DNA of 5,850 nucleotides from a virus (Duplodnaviria; Heunggongvirae; Uroviricota; Caudoviricetes), in the IMG/VR virus record IMGVR_UViG_2698536449_000009; one strand, 5' to 3'. The position numbers and the translations under genes were made by a program. Under the pieces are notes generated by a model. It was not told the origin of the DNA. It saw only the letters and a list, made by a program, of their open reading frames with translations, and ran no database searches. Of the stretch, positions 1 through 5,819 are shown piece by piece; within the stretch, counting starts at the first letter, position 1, and every line of letters begins with the position of its first letter.

Positions 1-2
1 TC

Positions 3-419
3 CAGTATCCGGATGGTAAGCCGCCGGTATGGGCAAAGTGTACGAAAGGTGTGTATCCGTCTTACTGGGAAGAATGGAAAAAAGTCAGGGAGGTGGTAAA
101 AGTTGCCTGTCCGGAGTGTGGCGGAAAGGGTGAGGTTTCCACCGCCTGTAAGGATTGCCGTGGGCGTGGTGTCGCCATTCATCGTGAAGAGTCGGTAAAA
201 CGTGGTATGCCTGTTATCAGAGACTGCCAGCGTTGTGGTGGTCGTGGCTATGAAAGACTACCATCAACGGAGGCATTTAATGCTATATGCGAGGTGACAA
301 ACCAGATAACACGCGCGTCATGGGAAAAAACAGTTAAGAAATTCTATGATGCGCTGGTGACTCGGTTTGATATTGAAGAAGCATGGGCTGAGCGGCAGTT
401 AAAAAAGGTAACTAGGTAA
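3..419 (+). CDS. Q: Antitermination protein Q, lambda family, C-terminal part (5' end lies upstream of the window)
   Basis: Frame is open from position 3 to TAA at 417-419. Translation has paired CxxC zinc-finger motifs (CPECGGKG...CKDCRGRG...CQRCGGRGY) and the C-terminal pattern TVKxxYDALV...VTR, which matches my recollection of lambda Q. Followed immediately by a PR'-like promoter and a terminator. Confidence 0.8.
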   Translation, partial: QYPDGKPPVWAKCTKGVYPSYWEEWKKVREVVKVACPECGGKGEVSTACKDCRGRGVAIHREESVKRGMPVIRDCQRCGGRGYERLPSTEAFNAICEVTNQITRASWEKTVKKFYDALVTRFDIEEAWAERQLKKVTR

Positions 420-424
420 CAAGG

Positions 425-452
425 TTGATTTTTCCGGAATCTGTGGTAAATT
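425..452 (+). promoter_or_regulatory. PR'-like late promoter (-35 TTGATT 425-430, 16-bp spacer, TG-extended -10 TAAATT 447-452)
   Basis: Hexamers and spacing read directly; it sits just after the Q stop as in lambdoid phages. The Q-binding (qut) site would overlap this region, which is an inference. Confidence 0.6.
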
Positions 453-458
453 CGTCAT

Positions 459-524
459 AACAATGGGCGTTTTATGCCTGACGTTAGAAGAGTTTCTACA
501 ACCCGCCGCCGAGCGGGTTTTTTA
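459..524 (+). ncRNA. Short PR'-initiated, tR'-terminated leader RNA of about 65-70 nt (lambda 6S / StxS-like)
   Basis: Predicted start about 7 nt after the -10, ending at the intrinsic terminator 501-524. Position and size resemble the short PR' transcripts described for lambdoid and Stx phages. Inferred from promoter and terminator only. Confidence 0.35.
501..524 (+). terminator. tR'-like intrinsic terminator
   Basis: Stem ACCCGC (501-506) / GCGGGT (513-518) with a 6-nt loop, followed by a T6 run. Confidence 0.7.
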
Positions 525-643
525 TGACTGAAATCGCGTCAGTACAGTAAACGCGCTGGTGGCGGTGAATACCTGTCTTTCAGCTTGCTGGCTTTTTCGA
601 CAAGAGTTATTGGTGTGTCACGTTAACCGGAAAAGGAAAAGAC

Positions 644-841
644 ATGCTAAAACAGCAGGATATGACAGAAACCGCCAGAGTGGTGTTTAATGAATTAAGC
701 GTTACCGAACCGGCGACAGTCGGGGAGATAGCGCAGAATACTTACCTTTCACGCGAACGCTGCCAGTTAATACTGACCCAGCTGGTTATGGCGGGTCTGG
801 CAGACTATCAGTTCGGTTGTTACAGACGCCTTCCGCAGTGA
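644..841 (+). CDS. Small hypothetical protein (65 aa), predicted winged-helix DNA-binding fold
   Basis: ATG at 644 has an AGGAAAAG Shine-Dalgarno-like sequence about 6 nt upstream. The pattern ...TVGEIAQNTYLSRERCQLILTQLVMAGLADYQ... looks like a helix-turn-helix recognition helix plus wing. Function not recognised. Confidence 0.5.
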   Translation: MLKQQDMTETARVVFNELSVTEPATVGEIAQNTYLSRERCQLILTQLVMAGLADYQFGCYRRLPQ

Positions 842-868
842 AGGCTTTTTTATTTGTGGTAAATGGGC

Positions 869-899
869 GGCTGGTGGGTGTTAGGGGCACCCACCAGCC
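869..899 (+). promoter_or_regulatory. Perfect 12-bp stem / 7-nt loop hairpin in the intergenic region upstream of the methyltransferase
   Basis: GGCTGGTGGGTG (869-880), loop TTAGGGG, CACCCACCAGCC (888-899). No U-tract follows, so it is not a canonical intrinsic terminator. Confidence 0.4.
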
Positions 900-991
900 A
901 TCTGCTCATGCGTTGGGTTCACAAGCAAACCTCAGGCCCACTGCTTTGCGCAAAAGCAGAATGAGCCTATCAGAGACAGGCTTAATGATCC

Positions 992-2050
992 ATGCTTAAT
1001 ACTGTAAAAATATCCAGTTGTGAGTTAATCAACGCCGACTGCCTGGAATTTATCCGGTCGTTACCCGAAAATTCTGTTGACCTGATAGTCACGGACCCGC
1101 CGTACTTTAAAGTGAAGCCTGAGGGCTGGGATAACCAGTGGAAGGGCGACGATGATTACCTGAAGTGGCTGGACCAGTGTCTGGCGCAGTTCTGGCGGGT
1201 GCTGAAACCTGCCGGAAGTCTTTACCTGTTCTGTGGTCATCGCCTGGCATCTGATATCGAAATCATGATGCGTGAACGCTTCAGTGTGCTGAACCATATT
1301 ATCTGGGCGAAGCCGTCCGGACGCTGGAACGGATGCAACAAGGAAAGCCTGCGGGCGTATTTCCCCGCCACAGAGCGCATTCTGTTCGCGGAACATTATC
1401 AGGGGCCGTATCGTCCGAAAGATGCCGGGTATGCGGCGAAGGGCAGTGCACTGAAACAGCATGTGATGGCCCCGCTGATTTCTTACTTTCGTGATGCGCG
1501 AGCTGCCCTGGGGATAACGGCAAAACAGATTGCAGATGCCACAGGAAAGAAAAACATGGTGTCGCACTGGTTCAGTGCCGGTCAGTGGCAGTTGCCGAAT
1601 GAAAGCGATTATCTGAAATTACAGGCGCTGTTTGCCCGGGTGGCAGAAGAGAAGCATCGGCGTGGTGAACTGGAAAAGCTCCACCACCAGCTGGTGGATA
1701 CGTATACCTCACTGAACCGGCAGTATGCGGAGCTGCTGAGTGAATATAAACATCTGCGGCGGTATTTTGGCGTGACGGTGCAGGTGCCGTATACCGATGT
1801 GTGGACGCATAAACCGGTGCAGTTCTATCCCGGGAAACATCCGTGCGAAAAACCGGCAGAAATGCTGCAGCAGATAATCAGCGCTAGCAGTCGTCCGGGT
1901 GACCTGATTGCAGATTTTTTCATGGGGTTGGGTTCGACAGTGAAAGCGGCACTGGCGCTCGGGCGTCGTGCAATTGGCGTTGAGCTGGAGACTGAACGTT
2001 TTGAGCAGACGGTTCGGGAAGTACAGGATTTAGTCAGCCAGAACGGATGA
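992..2050 (+). CDS. DNA methyltransferase, beta-class N6-adenine/N4-cytosine family (motif IV before motif I)
   Basis: N-terminal ...SVDLIVTDPPY (DPPY at nt 1094-1105), an HPCEKP motif, and a C-terminal AdoMet-binding FxGxG motif (DFFMGLGST), then GVELE. 352-aa ORF. No adjacent restriction endonuclease gene, so it looks like an orphan phage methylase. Confidence 0.9.
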   Translation: MLNTVKISSCELINADCLEFIRSLPENSVDLIVTDPPYFKVKPEGWDNQWKGDDDYLKWLDQCLAQFWRVLKPAGSLYLFCGHRLASDIEIMMRERFSVLNHIIWAKPSGRWNGCNKESLRAYFPATERILFAEHYQGPYRPKDAGYAAKGSALKQHVMAPLISYFRDARAALGITAKQIADATGKKNMVSHWFSAGQWQLPNESDYLKLQALFARVAEEKHRRGELEKLHHQLVDTYTSLNRQYAELLSEYKHLRRYFGVTVQVPYTDVWTHKPVQFYPGKHPCEKPAEMLQQIISASSRPGDLIADFFMGLGSTVKAALALGRRAIGVELETERFEQTVREVQDLVSQNG

Positions 2051-2090
2051 TATTGAAGAATTAATTACGCGTCGTTATTATGCGGCTCCC

Positions 2091-2125
2091 GGCCCTTTAG
2101 CTCAGTGGTGAGAGCGAGCGACTCA
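2091..2125 (+). pseudogene. tRNA-Ile 5' half (positions 1-35, ending in the anticodon loop), non-functional fragment
   Basis: 35 nt identical to the 5' part of the intact tRNA at 2298-2332, then an abrupt switch at 2126 into sequence identical to the Q 3' end (383 onward). Confidence 0.75.
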
Positions 2126-2159
2126 ATGGGCTGAGCGGCAGTTAAAAAAGGTAACTAGG

Positions 2160-2187
2160 TTGATTTTTCCGGAATCTGTGGTAAATT
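2160..2187 (+). promoter_or_regulatory. PR'-like promoter, second copy (-35 TTGATT 2160-2165, -10 TAAATT 2182-2187)
   Basis: Same hexamers and 16-bp spacer as the first copy; it lies upstream of the intact tRNA genes and the cargo ORF. Confidence 0.55.
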
Positions 2188-2235
2188 CGTCATAACTATG
2201 GGCGTTTTATGCCTGACGTTAGAAGAGTTTCTACA

Positions 2236-2259
2236 ACCCGCCGCCGAGCGGGTTTTTTA
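2236..2259 (+). terminator. tR'-like intrinsic terminator, second copy
   Basis: Same hairpin ACCCGC / GCGGGT followed by a T6 run. Confidence 0.65.
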
Positions 2260-2297
2260 TTGCGGAATTAATTACGGACCGTTATTATTCTGCTCCC

Positions 2298-2373
2298 GGC
2301 CCTTTAGCTCAGTGGTGAGAGCGAGCGACTCATAATCGCCAGGTCGCTGGTTCAAATCCAGCAAGGGCCACCA
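2298..2373 (+). tRNA. ileZ: tRNA-Ile, anticodon CAU (lysidine-type, reads AUA); phage ileZ-like
   Basis: 76 nt. Acceptor GGCCCTT / AAGGGCC, D-stem GCTC / GAGC, anticodon loop CTCATAA (CAT at 2331-2333), T-arm GCTGG-TTCAAAT-CCAGC, discriminator A and CCA. Close to E. coli tRNA-Ile2 as I recall it. Confidence 0.9.
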
Positions 2374-2473
2374 TCACAAACCGCCATTAGCTTATCAGGA
2401 AGAGCAGACGACACGATAACAGGGTTGTTGGTGCGGGGGCGGGTCCCCGATGGCGGTCCATTATCGGTATTCA

Positions 2474-2550
2474 GCGTTGTTAGCTCAGCCGGACAGAGCA
2501 ATTGCCTTCTAAGCAATCGGTCACTGGTTCGAATCCAGTACAGCGCGCCA
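2474..2550 (+). tRNA. argN: tRNA-Arg, anticodon UCU (reads AGA/AGG); phage argN/argO-like
   Basis: 77 nt. Acceptor GCGTTGT / ACAGCGC (one G-U pair), D-arm GCTC...GAGC, anticodon stem ATTGC / GCAAT with loop CTTCTAA (TCT at 2508-2510), T-arm ACTGG-TTCGAAT-CCAGT, discriminator G and CCA. Confidence 0.9.
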
Positions 2551-2687
2551 TATTCATTCTTCCAGATTCCTTCCGGCAGAGCCTTATACTGAAATATACC
2601 TGGCTCAGGATATTGTTGAAAATATTTTATGTTTGTCAAAAATAAAAGTTCTGTTAAGTATTGATTGAGTGTTTGTTATACGGTCTA

Positions 2688-3014
2688 ATGGTTTTTTCAG
2701 CATTAAATATTTATCATTCATATGGTGTGGGTAGAGTGAATATTGATGAGGCGTCGGGGTGTTTCATCCTTAGGCAGCGTATTGATATAGTCAATGCAGC
2801 ACGAGCAAAGGCCTTCAGCCGTTTGACAGTTTTGTTCTGTACTCCTGATCGTCTTTCGGGAAGAGACGTTATTATTCTGAATAGTGATGCTATACAGAGG
2901 GTTTGCGATGAGTTCATGGTTGCTAATTCAGAATTATTTGCTCTTGTTCAGGAGTACAACAGAATAGCCAGGACCTGTGGTATGGATGAACTTCGGATTA
3001 CTCATCTGGGGTAG
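2688..3014 (+). CDS. Hypothetical cargo (moron) protein, about 108 aa from ATG 2688; the frame is open from 2661
   Basis: AT-rich ORF directly downstream of the tRNAs and on the same strand, in the position Stx phages use for stxAB. By my count 6 of 12 Arg codons are AGA/AGG and 3 Ile codons are ATA. No clear Shine-Dalgarno, so the start is uncertain (ATG 2688 or GTG 2736). No recognisable family. Confidence 0.45.
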   Translation: MVFSALNIYHSYGVGRVNIDEASGCFILRQRIDIVNAARAKAFSRLTVLFCTPDRLSGRDVIILNSDAIQRVCDEFMVANSELFALVQEYNRIARTCGMDELRITHLG

Positions 3015-3066
3015 ATACATATCTGGATTATCACCTGTTACGGTAAAAAGTGATTGCTTACTGTTT

Positions 3067-3096
3067 TTGTGAATGGCATTGCAGCAGCCGGATAAT
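3067..3096 (+). promoter_or_regulatory. Candidate sigma70 promoter (-35 TTGTGA 3067-3072, 18-bp spacer, -10 GATAAT 3091-3096)
   Basis: Hexamers read directly. Predicted start near 3103 at the beginning of the 307-bp repeat, giving a roughly 325-nt transcript to the terminator at 3407-3429. Speculative. Confidence 0.25.
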
Positions 3097-3118
3097 GTCA
3101 GTGCTGGCTGACGGTGTG

Positions 3119-3425
3119 CTGGTGGCGGGTGTGGTGGTTGTTGCTTTCCCGTTGCTGAAAAAGAAAACGCCAGACTGTTAGCCGGGTATCAGTTAGCGGG
3201 AGAAATTTTTAAATACTTCACAATTCAGGCGGTTGACTGTTGTCTGGTTTGCGGGGAGTTTGTTAAAAGAAACTGGCATGGTGAATCCCCCTGTGCGGAG
3301 GGGCAATCAGCGAGTAGGTATATGGGATAATCGCGGATTCAGGTGCTGGTACTGAATTCACCGGGAGGCACCCGGCATCATGCAATGGCACATAGCGCCA
3401 CTCTCCAGCCCTCTCCGGAGGGGCT
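3119..3425 (+). repeat. 307-bp direct repeat, copy 1 (structured, ends in an intrinsic terminator)
   Basis: About 99% identical to 4754-5061 (one substitution, one 1-bp indel). Contains several hairpins and no ORF with a start codon spanning it. Confidence 0.9.
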
Positions 3426-3429
3426 TTTC
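3407..3429 (+). terminator. Intrinsic terminator at the end of repeat copy 1
   Basis: AGCCCTC - TCCG - GAGGGGCT (one-base bulge) followed by TTTTC. Confidence 0.6.
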
Positions 3430-3657
3430 TGTGCCGGATACATCACAGTTTCTGGAACCTTAGGTACTACAGTATCAGTCAGGGTGCTATATTTTCAGAT
3501 GTGATGAAAGCCTGTCAGCAGGCAGGGCGTATCGGAAATGACCCAGTAGAGAAAACGTTGACTCAGATACCGGTGCTGAGTTACCGGGAAACCGGCATCA
3601 CATGACCGCTATCCTGAGGTGTACTGGCAATAGCGGACACTACCATTTGTTCTTTTT

Positions 3658-4476
3658 TTAAGCAGCCATCTGATGATATTTTTCCCTGAAGGCTGCCGGG
3701 GAGATATTCCCCAGACGAGAGTGACGACGCTGACGATTGTAGAAAATCTCAATGTATTCCCGTATTACTGAGATGGCTTCATCCCGGTTATTAAAACGAT
3801 AGTGGCTCAGGCTCTCATTTTTCAGCGTTCCCCAGAAGCTTTCCATCGGAGCGTTGTCGTAACAGTTACCTTTACGCGACATTGATGTTTTCAGACCAGA
3901 CTGCTCCTGTATGACCCGGTAATCGTATGCGCAGTACTGTGAACCTCGATCAGAGTGGTGGATTAGCCCGGCAGGTGGGCGCTGGCTCCTGAGCGCCATA
4001 AACAGGGCTTTACCTGTCAGCTCTTTTGTCATGCGCTCTCCCATGGCGTAGCCGACAATTTCGCACGTATAAACATCTTTGATGCCAGCGAGGTACAACC
4101 ATCCCTCCTGTGTGGCAACATACGTCAGGTCCGCCACCCAGACCTGATTTGGTGCTGTAGGAGCGAACGTCTGGTTCAGCAGATTTGGCGCAACTGGCAG
4201 ATTGTGGTTCGAGTTCGTAGTCGCTCTGAACTTGCGTTTCTGCTTACAGCGTAGCCTTAGCTCCTTACGAAGACGTGCCAGTCGGTCACGACCAACGATG
4301 ATGCCATTCTCTGCCAGCTCCGTCTGGAGCCGCCGGGTTCCATATGTTTCGCGAGTGCGGATATGTGCCACCTTAATCTCCAGTTTTAGCCGCTCATCAC
4401 TTTGTTTTCTGTCTGAGGGTTCATGCTGTACCCAGTTGTAATAACCGCTCCTGGATACACCAAATACCTGACACAT
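3658..4476 (-). CDS. IS3-family transposase OrfB (DDE integrase domain); in vivo made as an OrfAB fusion by -1 frameshift
   Basis: 272-aa ORF starting MCQVFGVSRSGYYNW and containing HSDRGSQY and SMSRKGNCYDNAPMESF motifs. The orfB frame stays open upstream to the A7 slippery site. Confidence 0.9.
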   Translation of the reverse strand: MCQVFGVSRSGYYNWVQHEPSDRKQSDERLKLEIKVAHIRTRETYGTRRLQTELAENGIIVGRDRLARLRKELRLRCKQKRKFRATTNSNHNLPVAPNLLNQTFAPTAPNQVWVADLTYVATQEGWLYLAGIKDVYTCEIVGYAMGERMTKELTGKALFMALRSQRPPAGLIHHSDRGSQYCAYDYRVIQEQSGLKTSMSRKGNCYDNAPMESFWGTLKNESLSHYRFNNRDEAISVIREYIEIFYNRQRRHSRLGNISPAAFREKYHQMAA

Positions 4477-4511
4477 CGCTTCAATGGGAAATTGTTGTCG
4501 CCATTGTTCGA

Positions 4512-4753
4512 TTAACGCGTATTTTTCAGCGACTCCTGTGCAAAATACGCTGTTGCTTTTTTTAATATATCTCGCTCAAGGCGAGCTTCATTTAACGCCT
4601 TACGCAGTTGCAGAATTTCAGATTCCAGTTCAGCCACCGTGCGGGAACCAGGAGTACCGAGCCCTTTTCTGGCGGCGGTAACCCATTGTCCTAAAGTGCC
4701 TTCAGGAAGAGATAATCGGGAAGCGCCTTCACTGATCGAAAGTTGATTTTCAA
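4512..4753 (-). pseudogene. IS600-like orfA, 5'-truncated (no start codon, N-terminal DNA-binding region lost)
   Basis: orfA frame ends at TAA (forward 4512-4514). Upstream the frame runs into the 307-bp repeat without a plausible start codon. Confidence 0.75.
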
Positions 4754-5061
4754 CTGGTGGCGGGTGTGGTGGTTGTTGCTTTCCCGTTGCTGAAAAAGAA
4801 AACGCCAGACTGTTAGCCGGGTATCAGTTAGCGGGAGAAATTTTTAAATACTTCACAATTCAGGCGGTTGACTGTTGTCTGGTTTGCGGGGAGTTTGTTA
4901 AAAGAAACTGGCATGGTGAATCCCCCTGTGCGGAGGGGCAATCAGCGAGTAGGTATATGGGATAATCGCGGATTCAGGTGCTGGTACTGAATTCACCGGG
5001 AGGCACCCGGCACCATGCAATGGCACATAGCGCCACTCTCCAGCCCCTCTCCGGAGGGGCT
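4754..5061 (+). repeat. 307-bp direct repeat, copy 2
   Basis: Begins exactly where IS identity stops (4753/4754) and ends at the terminator hairpin. Confidence 0.9.
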
Positions 5062-5069
5062 GTTTATAT
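5042..5069 (+). terminator. Terminator hairpin at the end of repeat copy 2; possibly bidirectional
   Basis: Perfect 8-bp stem AGCCCCTC / GAGGGGCT with loop TCCG, followed by GTTTATATT. The stop of the convergent minus-strand gene is about 30 nt away on the other side. Confidence 0.5.
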
Positions 5070-5096
5070 TGATTTTGTCAGATGTGAGTAAACTCC

Positions 5097-5432
5097 TTAT
5101 GGACTTTGTTGTTTTAGTCCATAAGGACATATTTGCAGAGTGCAACGGTTATTAAAGCATTCATTCAATACGTTATCTGTATTTGTAGGGCATTCCTGGC
5201 TATTTTTGATTGAATTCCAGAATGTTTTATTGAATGGTACTACGTTGTAAATGGTTACAGGTAGCACTTTGTTATTGAGCATGATGCCTGTGTGAGTCAG
5301 TGTAAATATACTTTCAGGAGGTAAGAAAGCATCCGATTGATACCAGATTATTAATTTTATTTTACTCCATATGACTGAAAAAGATATTCCGCATGATGGC
5401 TGGATAACTGTATCAATCACAATCCACTTCAT
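5097..5432 (-). CDS. Hypothetical protein (111 aa), AT-rich orphan moron gene convergent to the late operon
   Basis: Strong Shine-Dalgarno on the minus strand (AAGGAAACTAA then ATG). Five cysteines, Asn/Ile/Lys-rich. About 260 bp of AT-rich sequence upstream with candidate -10 TATACT (forward 5473-5478). No family recognised. Confidence 0.55.
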   Translation of the reverse strand: MKWIVIDTVIQPSCGISFSVIWSKIKLIIWYQSDAFLPPESIFTLTHTGIMLNNKVLPVTIYNVVPFNKTFWNSIKNSQECPTNTDNVLNECFNNRCTLQICPYGLKQQSP

Positions 5433-5692
5433 TTAGTTTCCTTGTTTATGCCTTGCTGGTGATGTTCTGAAAAGTATAAATGATATTTTTGAATGTAAAC
5501 CATAGAGCAGAATTATTTTTCTGATGTTGTTTATTGTTTATTTAAATGCAGGGTGGTTTATATCTCGTCTTGTAGTTTATCCATGCATATCTGCTTGATA
5601 ATCAGGTTTTTATTTAAGGTATGGTTTTGTGTTTTTTCTGTATTACATGTCAGGTATTTTAAAGAATTATTTTTCAGATGGTGGAAAGAACC

Positions 5693-5819
5693 ATGGCATT
5701 TAAACACTATGATGTTGTCAGGGCGGCGCCGCCGTCAGATCTTGCGGAAAAGCTGACACATAAACTGAAAGAGGGCTGGCAGCCGTTTGGTAGTCCGGTG
5801 GCCATAACCCCTTATACCC
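5693..5819 (+). pseudogene. 5' part of a small conserved lambdoid late-region gene, interrupted by IS insertion at 5820
   Basis: ATG at 5693 encodes MAFKHYDVVRAAPPSDLAEKLTHKLKEGWQPFGSPVAITPYT, then the IS end TGAGGTG... begins. I recall this N-terminus from small proteins just upstream of holin genes in E. coli prophages (DUF1737-like, from memory only). Confidence 0.55.

Larger units (their letters stand above)
2126..2260 (+). repeat. Second copy of the Q-3'-end / PR' / tR' segment (direct repeat of 383-525)
   Basis: Near-identical to 383-525 apart from an 8-bp indel after AACTAGG and one substitution (CATAACAATGG vs CATAACTATGG). Confidence 0.9.
3615..4753 (-). mobile_element. IS3-family insertion sequence, IS600-like, truncated at its left (orfA) end
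   Basis: Minus-strand orfA/orfB arrangement with an A7 slippery site (forward 4557-4563). The orfA C-terminus LSISEGASRLSLPEGTLGQWV...ERDILKKATAYFAQESLKNTR matches my recollection of IS600 OrfA. The right end begins TGAGGTG at 3615 and the same 31 bp recur at 5820-5850. Identity stops at 4753, where repeat copy 2 begins, so IRL and about 24 N-terminal orfA codons are missing. Confidence 0.8.

Noticed and set aside
817-999. 60-aa plus-strand ORF between the wHTH ORF and the methyltransferase
   Set aside because: It begins at a TTG inside the preceding gene, runs through the perfect 12-bp hairpin and palindrome, and has no ribosome-binding site. More likely structured non-coding intergenic sequence.
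1061-1567. 168-aa and 74-aa minus-strand ORFs (1061-1567, 1299-1523)
   Set aside because: They lie entirely antisense within the methyltransferase gene, whose conserved motifs support the plus-strand frame.
2352-2639. 95-aa minus-strand ORF
   Set aside because: Antisense across both tRNA genes; it is the usual tRNA-antisense artefact.
2714-2917. 67-aa minus-strand ORF
   Set aside because: Antisense inside the plus-strand cargo ORF, with no ribosome-binding site; the plus-strand frame is longer and co-oriented with the late operon.
2551-3060. Shiga toxin genes in the canonical position after the phage tRNAs
   Set aside because: The ORF here is too short for StxA and shows no StxA or StxB sequence features, so this is not an stx locus.
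3112-3328. Long Gly/Cys-rich open frame through the 307-bp repeat
   Set aside because: It contains no ATG/GTG/TTG start anywhere, and the composition comes from GGTGG-type repeats.
3504-3605. 33-aa ORF (MKACQQAGRIGNDPVEKTLTQIPVLSYRETGIT) just left of the first IS
   Set aside because: No Shine-Dalgarno, very short, no recognisable features; kept only as a note.
4202-4681. Plus-strand ORFs of 79 aa and 65 aa (4202-4441, 4484-4681)
   Set aside because: Antisense to the IS transposase orfA/orfB, whose frames carry the conserved motifs.
5553-5756. 67-aa plus-strand ORF
   Set aside because: Low-complexity AT-rich frame with no ribosome-binding site, and out of frame with the conserved start at 5693 that it overlaps.
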